A stretch of DNA of 64,000 nt from Trichoplax adhaerens. Lineage: Eukaryota > Animalia > Placozoa. A program made the translations under genes and the position numbers. Of this stretch, positions 45,121 to 58,895 are shown one piece after another. Position 1 is the first letter of the stretch; every line of letters begins with the position of its first letter. Under the pieces are notes generated by a model. It ran no database searches. It saw only the letters and a program-made list of their open reading frames with translations, and was not told where the DNA came from. Location of the stretch: assembly GCF_000150275.1 (NCBI RefSeq), contig NW_002060945.1, positions 4,141,397-4,205,396 of the forward strand, given 5' to 3'.

Positions 45121-48100
45121 TTAAGTAGCTGCTGCTGGATATTCTTCCGTACTTGGTAAATTGTTTTTAACATGTGATAACATTTTTGATAACCATGCTG
45201 CTACGATGGAAACGTCATTATCGTCATGTTTACAGATAAATGGATGATGCTAAAGCAAACAGAAAATAATGATACTTTACAGGTGAAATCAACTCTAATT
45301 TCCAAGAAAGTAGCGCATTTAAATTAAAGATGCGAATTCATTACCCAGCACGACTGTATACCGATATAATGTATAATTATGTTATTATATAGTACTTAAA
45401 TTGGCACTTACTAAGAGATCATCAGGTGCTGGACGATCGTGCGGAGATTTCCTTGTGCTATTAGGAGTCAAAATGACATAGACAATAATAAACTTAAAAA
45501 TGTCGCTCTTGCAAACAAATAATTTTACTCCATTGCAGTACTAATTCTAAATATTTCTAACCACAAAGCAGCCAAGTTTACAAATTCCGGTGAGAATCGA
45601 TCACTGGGTAGTGTTGGAGGGGCCTAAAATTAATGAGAAGGTAGACAAATTTGTTAAATATATGATATTAATAACTTGTACTATTGCTAAAAAGGTACAA
45701 CACAAAATAAGTGTAAATTATCCAAAATCGAACCTCGTGGATTATACATTGCAGAAGTTCTACGACAGACTTCAGCCCAGAGAAAGTTAAAAATTTTTTA
45801 TTCAAATTTTAGCTTTAAATATCAGGCCGTGAAAAAAGGGACGTTTTGCTGAAGATTACTTACCATGGAAGATAGCTCTCTTTGATTGTCCTATATTGCC
45901 ATTAAGAAATAATCTATATCATCCTTACTGAGTATAAACTACAAAACTACAATATTAATTAAATTAATACTGCAGTAACAATTTTTATTTCTATTGAGTT
46001 TATATACCGTAGGATAAGGAAATTTTCCTAATGCCATCTATAATAAGTAATGCATTCATTAGCTGATTGAAGGTATGAAAGTAAAAATAAAACTGCGAAG
46101 AAATGGTAATTTCCATTGCAGCTGATTTCTACAAATCGTAACCGATATTACTTCTAAAAGTGCTAATCCTAGGCTCCAAACTTCCGAATTAACTCCATAC
46201 TCTGATCCAACGATTCTTTCCGGCTGAAAATATTTGATTAAATGTGATTTATTGTCTTTGCATGCTCGGATTTTTTGAGATAAAATCAAAACATTCAACC
46301 TTACCGCCATGTATGCATTTGTTCCTACATATGTATGAGCTATAGAACGTTCCAGCTAGATAGATAATTGTAACATTCCATGGAATTAATGCATCGGTAT
46401 TAATCGAGGTATAAATTACTATAGACTATAATAATATCGACTGCAATAATGGTGACTTACTTGAACACTGACACCAAAGTCACAAAGCTTTACTTGACCT
46501 TGAGTATTTACAAGCATATTCGACGGTTTTACATCTGCATTTAAACGCATGATTATAAGATAGTAACATCGATGAGAGACAACGCTCGCGGATTAAGGTA
46601 ATATAATAGATCAGTAATAAGGGACACATAAGTTACGAATTAGTAAATTACCTCTATGCATTATTTTCTGGTTCCAAAGGTAAACCAAGCCTTTAACAAC
46701 CTAGAAATACAGAGAGTTGTCAAAATAATAGAATCGATCCAGAATTTACATACTGAGATGTAAGCTAACCGAGGCAGTAACTTTTCCAAGCACTAATTCA
46801 GGAATTTTTCCATATTTATCTAAAGAACCGCCTGAGAAAGGGGATGAATAAGGTTTATTATGGTCTTTCAATCATGCTATACGTAATAAGTTGTAAAATA
46901 ACTTATATGCAACTGCTATGATCATACTATACCAACCGTCCATATATTCCGTACACATGGCTATTCTAATTTATTCAGAAAGCGAAGAGAATAAATTTCT
47001 TGTAAATAGTGCTCATAATGAATGATCATAACCTTTAATATTTTGAAAGCCTATCAGCACTATATCAAATTATACCTATTTTCGATAAAAAATGCGCCAT
47101 AAAACGAGATAATATATGAGGAGTCACACTATTATAAATAAAAAGTATTATTCAATGACAGTTTGTAGTTATGAAAATATATAGCACGCAAAATTAAAAA
47201 GATATGCTACTTTCGATAGAACATTAAGCAGTATTATGTTATATGGCGTTATTTTAATATCCAGAAACCTTGAAAAGTATGTCTAATTCGGACATGATTT
47301 GCTTTTGAACGTCAGGAGTGATATCTAGGTACATTAACTAATACGGTAAAGCCAAAATGAGCGTTATTATATATTAGATATCGCATTTTGACATATTAAA
47401 ATACAACGTTCGCCATATAAAATGTTTAGTATATGGTAATTGCAGACCTTAACAGCCATTAGTTTTCCGAATTTCTTATCTAGGCATCTAGAAGTAGCAA
47501 TTTACCAATACGATTTAGGTAAGTAGGTGACTCAAAAGCTCTATTTACAGATGATATGGCGTTAATTGTTGAATTGACTTTAGCTACAACATACGTACTT
47601 GTACACAGTACCAACATGCCCACTACCTAGAATATTATAATATTCTAAATGATTTGGAACTACCTGTAAATAAAAGGTAAGTCATTGTAACAAATGCAAT
47701 AATTTTAACATTCGTAACTCTCTGTTCAAAGCTTACAAAAGAAGTACCGTTATTTGCTAATGACAGTAATTTATCGAAAAATGACATTGATAATTTAGAA
47801 ATTGCTAAATATGCCTCTACTGTTCTGACTTTTAGTTAGATCTACTATACATCGTATTTAATACAAAACAACAATTGGTTCAATTACCTGTCCACTCTGT
47901 AATATTGCTTGCAAATTACCTCCAGATTTGTGTTTCCTAGGCAAGGATACATTTCAGTATTGTTGATTTTAACGTAGTATGTGATTTATAGTATACTATT
48001 TATACAGCTAAGAACTCCGCAATTGAATTGGGCACGATATACGATTATCAATGAGTAAAAATAAAGTCATATTTGATTTCTATCATTATCTACCAGCACT

Positions 48101-51100
48101 ACACACTATACATCGAGATGATCTTTTCTCTAGCTGTATTGCTATATTCGTATTTTAGTCAGATACATAGATTCGTACCCCATTGGAGATTCGACACCGT
48201 AAACACTAGGGGCTGGTGCAGCCTTAGTATTAACCTTCAAACAGAATTCAACAAATGAATTCATTAGATCATAGTACTATAGTGAGATAAAACGACTAAT
48301 GACAACTTCTGTTTCATAATAATGATTAAGATAGAATGTCCTAGCTAGGGCAAAAATAAGATAGACTTTTAAATTCACAGGTTACTATGCAGTATTTTAA
48401 AAAAGTACCGTAAACAAATAAGGATTAGAACGTTTACGTACCGTGAGCAGGAAATAACAAAAAATGGCAAAAAGATTACAGTACTCTTATGTATGAAACT
48501 CACAAACTATCAATTGTCTACGGTATAAAAAAATGAGTAGTTGGTGATAGTTGTAATCATTACCCTTCACCTATCGTCTTAACTCGTAATTGAAAAAAAA
48601 ATTATGAAAACTTAACTCTACTACTTTATCTAATTGTTTCTTCGTTTAGGTTATATTTATTTATTTAAAGATTTGACGACATTCCATAGGAGATTTTATA
48701 TTGATTAAAGTAATATACATACAGTTAATCCAAGGACGTTTCTCTTTCTCGGCGTCTTGACGACTATAGTTTGATATATCGAAAAATGAGCATGAGAATT
48801 GTGAATGTTGTACTGTACATAGTCTACATACTGGACCTTAGAATCATTCATTATATATTGATACAATCGGTGCTCTTAGCGATTTAGACAACGAATACTG
48901 ACGTTAATATGACAGTGTACTGTACTGTAGGCATACTTACAAGTGGTTATAATGCAAATTATTCATAGCTAGCTACTGAACATTTAAATAATAAAGCAGT
49001 GAGTATATGATAAGCAGGTCAGTCTGTCAAGAGTTTGGAATATCGATAGGAAATTCGTTATTCAATATATCTTGACGAAATTTATGATATGGCTTTAAGC
49101 GTGACTATAACATCAGGGACGTATCCTAAAGTTCATGCATTGGAAATGCATACAGCATAACGTGTACTAATACGAGCAATATTCATTTAATAAATAATAG
49201 CCTGCTCGACTGAAGTCTCTTTATACAAATAGTTGGTAAGCAATGTTGCTAATTTGTTTACCTTTTGGATAAATGATTAACATCGGTGGCATGGCAGGCA
49301 CCACTCTAGATTCATTGGACATGATGTACTTCAAATTTATACCAATAGGCAATACCATGATCACGGCAGAAGATAAAAAGGATTTTTGATTTCGTTATAA
49401 TCGAATCAAGGATTTCGCATAATTGAAACAAAATAAAATAATAAGAGTGAAATTTAATAACAATGTCTTCCATTGAGAAGTCGTCATCAGGGATTACTTA
49501 ATAAGAGAGGTTGTCATATTGCAACCGCTGCTGGGATAGAAACGCCCATACGTACAGTAGACTTATTTATAGTACTGTACTGCACTGTAATAAAGGATGA
49601 AAGCTGTATAAAACAGTAAACTGATTTTCAACTTTAAATGTTAATTTTATTTAATTAAAAATCAACATAGTTGCATATCATTACATAATTAATCATTGCA
49701 CGTAATTCCTCGTCGCTTTTCACAATAATGCGATCTCCATCATCATCTTCGTCTTTGTTGTTCCGTAACATCAATAAAAATGCGTTAAAAAATAACATTT
49801 GTTAAATTTTGCGGTATTACTAATTTCATTTCTTGCATGTACGAAATTATTAATTTCAGATAATAAAGTAGTGTCATCAACGTATTAAACATACTCTTCT
49901 GAGTTAGAATTACGATAGGTACTGTATCACTTGTGTGATATGCTCTAATTATTTCAGGCAAGTATAAAAGGATCTTCATACAATGCAAATGACAGTCCAA
50001 CAAAATGTCTAACAAGAGTTTATGAAAATAAAAGTATGACAAATGCTTCGATATGCTGTACAAGTAGTTTTCATTGTTATCAACTATTGTAAGCTGTGAA
50101 TGTTTCATTAATGCAATAGCAATTAGTATACCTCCAAAAATTGGCAAAAAATTGTAGAAAAATCTAGCGTAATATTACTGAAACTTACCCATTTACTGGA
50201 GTACTTGTATTTAGCTATGGTTATTGAATAATTCAACTGAAAGTGATTTATTGATTCTTGCTTACTTGGCCAACTACTGTACTAAGCTACAAGTAATTAA
50301 TCGGATCGAATCGATGACGTTTACAGAATGGGATTATATCTTATGAGAGCATTCTTAGGCGATTATTGCCGATACAGTAGAATCTCATAATTCAGACATG
50401 ATGTAAAATCCAATTCGTTGTATCGTTCTATACAATATGATGGTACGAGTATATGTTGATAACTTACATTCAAAAGCTGAGGCAGTCGTTTGTAGGACAC
50501 GGCTGATTGCATCCTATTTATAAAGAAATGAATATACGTATAGTGGTTCGATAAATACGGCAATGATGTCATCTTTAATACTTAGCTAAGTCTTCCATAG
50601 AAATATTGATAAGCCATAAAGTACCGCATAGATCGAGAACTATGATTTAAAACTTTCATCTTCTTGATATGCGATTATAATATTCTATTTTCGTATAGTG
50701 CACTACACTACCTGAGCAGCCATAGCTGATCGATGAAAATCAATGCATCAAAATTGGCAAGGGATACATAAGCTCGGAAAAATACCGACTACTGTATGTT
50801 GAATGTGCACTGCGTGTGTACGCTATGCATAGTTAAGTCAAGGTACAATATCATGAATAAATATACATTATCCATCTATCCTAAGCAAATATGAGTACAG
50901 CACGAAGAAGGAATGCACGCTACTTGGCTCACTTTGCTACCCAGTCAATCTAGTGAGGATTATAAAACAAGTTGCAAATTGATACGGTAATGAAATTCGA
51001 TCTCGTCGATTGCATCAATCTTCTCGACTGCAACACCATAATCGTAGTAATAGTTTATGCTAAACATTATCGTACTCGTGTAAGTTTCATCAATTAATAG

Positions 51101-51358
51101 ACTAATCGTTTCCATTGCACATTCGATGAGCTTCTACTAGACTTGATCGTATATTTACGAAGGGCAAATACTCCTACTCGTATGCAGGTTAAAAATTGCC
51201 CAGTTTACCAAAATGAAAAACAACAACATACTAACCAAGACGTCTTGATAGTTTATAGAAAATGGATCTACGGTCCAATCGACGTCACCATTGCCATCAA
51301 ATGATTGTCGCTTAATACGTAGGACAATACGATTAGGATTATATTGAATTGTATTCAT
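45121..51358 (-). CDS. MAP2K5: Dual-specificity MAP kinase kinase 5 (PB1 + kinase), ~23 exons
   Basis: Exon 1 IVLRIK...DVDWTV...YQDVL; PB1 acidic motif [20 protein letters not shown]; [10 protein letters not shown]; [18 protein letters not shown]; HRDVKPSN; [27 protein letters not shown]; ELLQCIIHE; stop TAA at 45123-45121. Confidence 0.96.
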
Positions 51359-52939
51359 TTTGCATGACGACAGATCAGCAGGATTTGTCGTTTGATAAAC
51401 GCTAAACTAAAGCAACAACCTCCAAACTGATTGCAAACCAGACTTTTACAGCTATATTTTAAAAAGGACAAGCCCCCCCTACTTGTCTTAACTACTTTCC
51501 CATGGTAGTAATGGTACAGTATAGTAAGGCCGGATGTACGTCTGGGCAATCATACAACTTTTTTTTCCATATGAGACACAATGGGGCTACCATCACTTTT
51601 TGGAACACTACTGTGCTGTATAACATACACTCGTGTTTTATGCAAGAGTCGGTCATCAGTATACGATGATCAGTACTTGCGCAGTTAGTAGCAATACTGG
51701 AGTGGGATCTTATGAATTTGAGCTGATTTAATTAAGTTAAGGTGGCAATCTTCGCAAACGGTGAATCCTTTTAGCATTTAGTATTACTTCACAATATTGT
51801 ACTACACTTTTAATCATCTTTGCAAATCGACTATGCGTCTATGCATGAATCTTTCCATCGCACTAGTCAAATCATTACTGTGCACATTGCAAACAGAAGC
51901 TGGAGTCTACGGTTGTGCTGTCTGCTATTATAATGAAGACCTACAGCATATCGTTGTATAGATCCTCGCTGAGTCAGCAACTCTCTACTTGATTTCATAA
52001 AGGGAAAGCTATCCTATTACTGACAGGGAGCTGGATAGTATGTAGTATCATTATTTTAAATTTGCAGTATGATGGAGGCTTGAAGTCATAACGTAGGCAT
52101 CATGTGCAAAAGGTGATGCAAACCAAACGATCGCAATATATAAATTACTCCAATGACACCGTACAGCTTAGTATTGTAGACGAAGCATACGAGCACAATG
52201 TAGTTGCACATCAACAGCCTTTGGTGATATCCTTACCAATAATGCTACAGTCCTTGTATCAGTCGTCGACGTAGCTTACTCAGGAGATAAGCTAAAGTTA
52301 TTTGATTTACTGTTCTTAGCCTAAAACTGTTTATTCTCCGTATATGAATTGTGGATCTCCAGATTAGACCTGAGAACGGTTCGATTAAATATCATCTCCA
52401 ATAAAATCATACCATGCTATGCCCTATGGAATGATGCCATTAACTACACATACCATATACTTCTTATACGCGTATACTCATACGTTATCTATTTTACTAC
52501 CAATAGGGTTCTCTGACGCAAAGAATATATAAAACCAAGTTGTAGTAATCCTTTCAGGATTACAATTAGTTAGGTACCAATCAAAATAAACGCCGTCATG
52601 ATCAGCACATCATTCAAATTGACTGCAAATAATAACTGTATAAGCTATCAACATAGTAGCAACAATTAATACAATGACCACAAAAGAAACAGAATCCTAG
52701 CGCATAACATTAACTATATACTGTACAGTATATGGATCTTACACATATACAAATCCAATATATACGTATTTAAGTATAATGTCGATAATAAGTATATCCT
52801 TACAATTTTATACTACACCACTACACAGCAATCTTGAGTACAGAGTAATGGTATCTGGATCGTTATACGTACATTAGAATTAAATGGGATTAGTAAACTA
52901 TACAAAAACCCGCAACTTAAATCGTTCTTGAAAGAATCA

Positions 52940-55900
52940 CTACACAATACGGGCAGACACCCTACAAAATTGATCTATAATCGCTTGACAATCAAATTTA
53001 AAATTCTCAAACTCCGTAGGTGTCTTCAATATGTATTCCATAGGGCATTTTGGTAGTTGAATAGTTTTTGATACTAACATTAATATAAAATAAAAAAATT
53101 TAAAAATTACCTGCATAATAATGATCATTAATAATCGGATAATAATTGTGATTATAATGTACCTCTATTCGTTGGAGTAGAATCCAGTTCATTGATACTA
53201 GCTACTTTGGGATTTATAGCAGTTGCAGCAAGGTCAATAGGAGTTGGTTTTATTGGTAAGATTTTTTTCTTAAGGCTATCAATTGTTTGACCTTCTTGCA
53301 CTTGTCCTATTTTGTCAGAAAGTCCAGTGGTAGATGAAAAATCTTCTAGGGCAGTCTCGCTATACCTTCTCTCGCTCTTTCGTACTCTATCTGGTTTAAC
53401 AGGGGTTGTGCTACTTTGATTGGCAGGATGACTGTACATTTTTCCAGCCTCAATATCAAGCCCTGGCAATCTTTGATTAAGCAGCTGCATAAAGTTTTCT
53501 TTGCTTTTCGTTTTTCGCTTTAGTAAGTTATCCTTGAATTTTGTAATCCACTTTTTTAATGGCCTGCAAAACGTAATTCTTACGATGAATGAGTGTAACA
53601 TAATCAACATTACTACGGTATCGGAACTTACTTAATGAATGCAATCACCAAGAAAAAGTATGCAGGTTTCATGCCTCGCTTACTGTCAGCTTCTGAAACC
53701 TTTTTATTTACTGGTAAGTCATTGATGCGAAACCATTCAATTTTCTAAATCAGATAAAATAATTAAGGTAGCAAATAATGGAGTAAGTAATACTGTATAA
53801 ATACAAAATTAAAACTTTTACTACAGTAAAAGATTAACTGATCGTGCTAGATGGGATCTACTAAAGATTTATATAATTTTAAGAGTGCTATCTCAATATT
53901 AAGTTTAGATAAAGCTACCCGAATCTCATGTCTAGTTTTCGGTTGAAATTTCGTATCTTTAGGAACATTAGGAACGATATAAAGTCTTATAGTCTGATTA
54001 TGCAGTTGTCTTTCAATAAATTCTGATACGTTTGCAAACGGTTCAATATCAAATCCTGTCTCTTCCTCTACCTAAATACCAGTTACGATAAATAAATATT
54101 TGAAATTTATCGCAATGTAAATCAAATTATGATTCAACTTCAGATTTGTAATTAAACAATCAAAGCAACTTTCAGTATCTTCAATTTAGCCAATAATGCA
54201 GCTCTAAGTGGCTGACCTCTCTAACGGCACATTTGTAAGGATCTTCCTCATAGTTAATTTTGCCTTTGGGAAAGCTCCAGCTACGCGAAAACCCTTGCAC
54301 TAATAAGCACTATATAATATTAAGTGATATGTAACTTACAAGTACAAAATCAAGTACATGTTGATTATATAAGGAATCGATCGAGTTGTAAATTTTATAT
54401 GCTGTAGCCAATATAGTATAATCTAACTTTATAAGCACAACTTTTAAAAAATTTTCATACATACGTATTCTACGCTTTCATCTAATAAGATGGCACCGTA
54501 AACAGGAATATTACTTTTATATTGTTTCCAATCTCGGATGATATCGTCTACCTTATATGCAAATTCCTTCAAAGAAGGGATATGTCTAAAGAGTGGAGGT
54601 GGTCAAGAAAAATTATACATGGTACGGCACAAAAACGACTTCCATAAAGATGCTTGACTGATAAACAGACACCGTTGCTAGGGCATATACTAAGTACGTT
54701 AAAATAATGCTTTACAATTAAAGCAGGAGCTTCAGTACTATTATAAGTACTGTACTGATAAAATAGTTAAGGATATTGATCTTGGCAAAGCCAGTCATAT
54801 TCATAGCCGGGTTATTGGCTGATTCTGCACAGAAAAAGTCCAAATAAAACCAGTATGCTTGTTCTACCTGAAAGCACAGCCTGACAACATCTTCTCTATC
54901 TTCTTCTTCAATATTAATAATAAATCGACTAAAGAAAGATAAATATGAAAGACATTTGTAGTTAATATCATCGCAATGATTGTTATTACCTATTACACAG
55001 CGTACGTGTACGGTACAAGTTCTTGATAAGGTAAGCTATAAGCAGGGCACAAATAAGGGTCGCAGGATCTTTTATCCTATTTGTAGCTAACCTTATCCGT
55101 AGCACTTATAGCAATTTGTAGATTTTAAGTATCACATTATAGTTAAAGTATGATAGAAAAAGTGCAGATTTGAATAACTTAAACATAAATTCGATTCTTA
55201 TTACGTATTAAAATCATTCTGCTATGTAGCGAATTGTATAGAGGATAATTACTACACTCGTACATTATACTCATATAATTAATTATATAACTGATCATGA
55301 ATGCCAAGCAAGTACGTAATAGTTCAACGCGTTCGAATTGTTGTTTACTACGAACTCTGGTAGACAAAGCGATACAACCCTTTACAGTGTTTTGATACGA
55401 TCTTCAGCAATGTTTATAAGCTCATTAGGACAACTGCTCCGCAAATACCTTCGTGTTTACGGCATCGCATGAAATTTAATCACAATTAACCACTACATAT
55501 GTATGTTCACGTACAAGTAATTGTATCTAAAAATCAAAATTTTATACTTTTTCTGGATATATTTTGATTGGTTTGCTAGCTATCCATGGTATACTGACAA
55601 GTATCAATAAGAAATGGTAAAAAAATCCTACATTGATCACAATACTAGCTCTAAGCAATTGTTAAACTTTACCCTATTGCTTGTTTTTGATAATATATAT
55701 TATAATAAAATATATATATATAATTATAATATATAACTATACTCGTATTTAATAAATAGTAATAGATTCGCTCGTAAAGGATTGCTAGTCCGTCCGCTGT
55801 AATTGTAATGGTACTGGGCGCAGTAGTCATTCGAAGCGAGATAAGTAGTATTAAGTGCTGTTCAATTAATAACTGGGATGACATGAAAGGAAAAGTTCAC

Positions 55901-56350
55901 ACCAAGTGAACCATCTTCGTATTTGTTTACAATTGATATCTTAGAATTTGCAATATACTGCACAGTACTTCATGAGCGGTTGTCCTTTACCTACGTGTCG
56001 GCACTTCTATGCGTCTACAGTAAATGCGTGATAACCGCATAGAACAGTCCATTACTTAAAGCATTCTAGGAATACAGTACTATCAATCAGTAAGGGAATA
56101 CTAGCAGACTTCAAGTATTGAGTTCAAGAAAAAGCGGTAAAATTTTTCGAGATAAATAAGGCTATGTACAGCTCCTCAAGTTGCGAGAATATAGTACAGA
56201 CATTGTCGAGGCTTGCGGGTACGCTTTTGGTCCATTTTACTGCTATCCTACTTTCAGTAAACAATAACACTGTCGTCTGCATACTAGTCTCCAATCTCCA
56301 ATCAAACATTACCTGCAGAGTTCGTCGAGAATATCTTTTGAAATAGACAT
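52940..56350 (-). CDS. DCP2: m7GpppN mRNA decapping enzyme 2 (Nudix), 8 exons
   Basis: [13 protein letters not shown]|RFIINI...[16 protein letters not shown] (Box A); Nudix box [29 protein letters not shown]; [15 protein letters not shown]; last exon [12 protein letters not shown]...*. Confidence 0.96.
54593..54776 (-). other. U12-type (minor spliceosome) AT-AC intron, DCP2 intron 2
   Basis: 5' ATATCCTTAAC; branch-like TTTCTTGAC ~9 nt before the terminal AC; removal restores FAKI-I-FRHIPSL in frame. Confidence 0.93.
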
Positions 56351-56863
56351 CTTGAGAGATAAGTTGAATCTTATTGTCTTAGTTTACTTCACTGTTAGAA
56401 TAGTTCTGGATAAGTCGTAATCATTATTAATTTCTAAGTGAAGAAGATGGCGACGAGTCCAGCTTTCTCGCTCTATGCAAAGCTTTTCTCCTAATGCCCA
56501 AAACGTACCGGCGCTACTTGACACTATATAGAGCTCTTCGGATGGACGGGAATTTTGACACTTCTCGTTCAAAAAAATAATACTCCAAACGCTTGGTTTC
56601 GTTATTACTTCAGTATGCAGATGCTTGATTTTATAATGATCTTATATTTTCTACATTAAGTAATATTATATTGAATCCAGTATCATTTACTTAGTTCTGC
56701 TTGAAAGTAGTTATAGAGGATCACAAATTTCTTTTAAATTAATAATAGCGAATAAGAAAATAGATACGGAAGATCCATACTAAGTATAGGACATTTTCTA
56801 CCTCATCTTGTAAGAAAAGTCCATCCATCCGAGGACAGTTTCACATTTCAAGCTTTCATCCTT

Positions 56864-57004
56864 CTAGAGTCAATGTACAGTACAGTACGGTACTATACTG
56901 TACAGTACAGTGTACAGTGTACAGTACAGAGCGCTACTAAATCACTCTGACTCTAGTCACGATGCAACTTGGATGGAACTTTAGTTCTGCATAGAATGGC
57001 GGCC
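56864..57004. promoter_or_regulatory. Bidirectional promoter core of DCP2/NGRN: TACAG/TGTACAG array flanked by an inverted repeat
   Basis: CTAGAGTCA (56864-56872) and TGACTCTAG (56948-56956) flank gtacagtacagtacggtactatactgtacagtacagtgtacagtgtacagtacag; YY1-like AATGGCGGC follows; the genes are head-to-head. Confidence 0.5.
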
Positions 57005-57118
57005 CATAATTTCTTCAACAAAATTGACCTCGATATCTTGCAAAATCTCATTTCTAAGCTGGAAATAAACCATCACTCAGTATAAATTAATTCAGAAATA
57101 GATGCAGTGCAGATCTTC

Positions 57119-58895
57119 ATGATGCTATCGCTCTTGATATCCTCATTAAAGAATAGAAATGTTGCTGTACAGCGATTTAGACAGTCCTACTCCTGTTATT
57201 TCCAACTTTGGGGCAGGTCATTTTACAACAAAGGACTTGAATTATTTGACGAGGACGACGATGATGATTTCATGTAAGCTTTATTTCAAACTTGAGCCTT
57301 TTTACTTAATGGAGATTATAGTAGCATAATGTTAGACACTCTGTATTGAGTCATTGAGTTTGCAATTGCGGGTCCAATGGAAATATGCGATTACAGTATG
57401 CAAAATCTCAGTGGAGTGCAGTATTCGCGTAAATTGATATCAATCCGGTTTACGAGCCCATTTGACAATACAGTATTGCATTTATTTCTTGTATTTTATT
57501 AGCGAGGACACCAGCGTCTACCTATTACTTATAAGATATGTATGCTACATTAGAAATAATTTTAGATATTTACTGTATGTAGCGGCGCGTATATCTCAAA
57601 TAGTATGCTTGTTACTTGGTAAAAAAACGTGGAATGCATAGCATGAGAAATGCACAGAATTCACAGACCTGTAATGAATGTACCATGAACTGCTCGAAAC
57701 TGTTAGTAGTAATTTCTAGTAGTCCATGATTCTACGTGCGCTTGCAACTACTGTACATAGTATCATTAGCACTTAACAAGGCAGTAAGTCAGTACAAGGT
57801 CACAACATTTACGATTTATGCTACAGTACGTCACCTGCCATGGTTATAAATCATAATGCAAGAAGCTAGGGCTGTTACGTTTGTAGGCTTAACTGATGTG
57901 CCATGATACTTTTCAGGGAGAAAGCAGATATCAATTGGCGAGCCAAGAAACAGGCACTGAAAGATAAAAAGACTGAATGGAAGCCTAAAAAGCGTCTTGC
58001 AAGAGAAGAAATGGATCAAATAAGAATGCTAGCAGATGACAATCCGGGATACTGGACTAAGGAAATGCTTTCAAGTACATTTAAGATCAGTTATGCAGCT
58101 GTAAGTAGAATTTTAAAATCACGGTTTGAACCAGATGCAGAAATAAAAAGACGTCAGAATTCTATTGCTATGAAATTAAAAGCTAATCGACAGATGAAAT
58201 GGCAACAGAAGCATTCTATTACTAATGGTTTCAATGATGATAAATATGAAAACTACGAGGATGAATATGCTTTGATAGCCCCTTGGCAGCATCAGCTAGT
58301 GGAATTTCATCACAAGAAAAGATTTCGTGATAATAAAATAGATCGATCATTGTTTAACAGTAGCCATCTAACAGGACTTTCCGATCGCACAAAGATAAAC
58401 CCTTATGTAAATTTTCGCGATAAATTCGCTAATGGCGTTCGTGATACTGAAAATAGTGATTCTGACAAATATTCAATTAGTAAAAGAATATCAAAAGATG
58501 ACACCAAAAAATCCCTTAGTACGAGAGGTAGAACAAAGCATGATATACGAGTAAATAGCGATCTTCACTCAATTAATTCTAACCAATATAGAAAAAGCAT
58601 TGCTAATCCTAATCAGATACAAAATCCTAGTTTAAAGAATGTTGATCTGATGAAAGAAAAAAATCCTAAATTTAGCAAAACTAAAGGTAGCGATAATAAA
58701 CACAGCAATGAAAAAGACATAGGTAAAACCTCCTCAGCAAAGTTTCAAGCTCGTAGTAAAAATTTAAATGTTCAAAGAAAGGAAAGGGGCGGCAAGCAGA
58801 AGGAGAAAAGCGTGGATGGTAAAGGTGAAGTCTCACTCAATGAAGAGGAATTGAAACATCTCTTAGCATTGTTTCGCCCTACAAATAAATCATAA
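57119..58895 (+). CDS. NGRN: Neugrin/Rrg9-family mitochondrial ribosome biogenesis protein (exons 57119-57273, 57917-58895)
   Basis: Exon 1 is basic/hydroxylated, like a mitochondrial presequence. A phase-2 GT-AG intron joins it in frame to WKPKKRLAREEMDQIRML...WTKEMLSSTFKISYAAVSRILKSRFEP (Neugrin/Rrg9 motif). Confidence 0.85.

Noticed and set aside
47943-47950. GTATCCTT on the minus strand in MAP2K5 as a U12 donor
   Set aside because: It lies in the pyrimidine tract just before an acceptor (gtatccttgcctag|G), not at an exon end.
49785-50147. 120-aa ORF within a MAP2K5 intron, and similar short intronic/antisense ORFs
   Set aside because: The composition is typical of chance AT-rich frames; no motifs.
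52370-52390. GGTTCGA T-loop-like strings (also ~50545) as tRNA
   Set aside because: No cloverleaf stems or A-box around them.
56874-56928. Short repeat arrays as CRISPR
   Set aside because: These are 5-7-bp units without spacers, there are no cas genes, and the DNA is eukaryotic.
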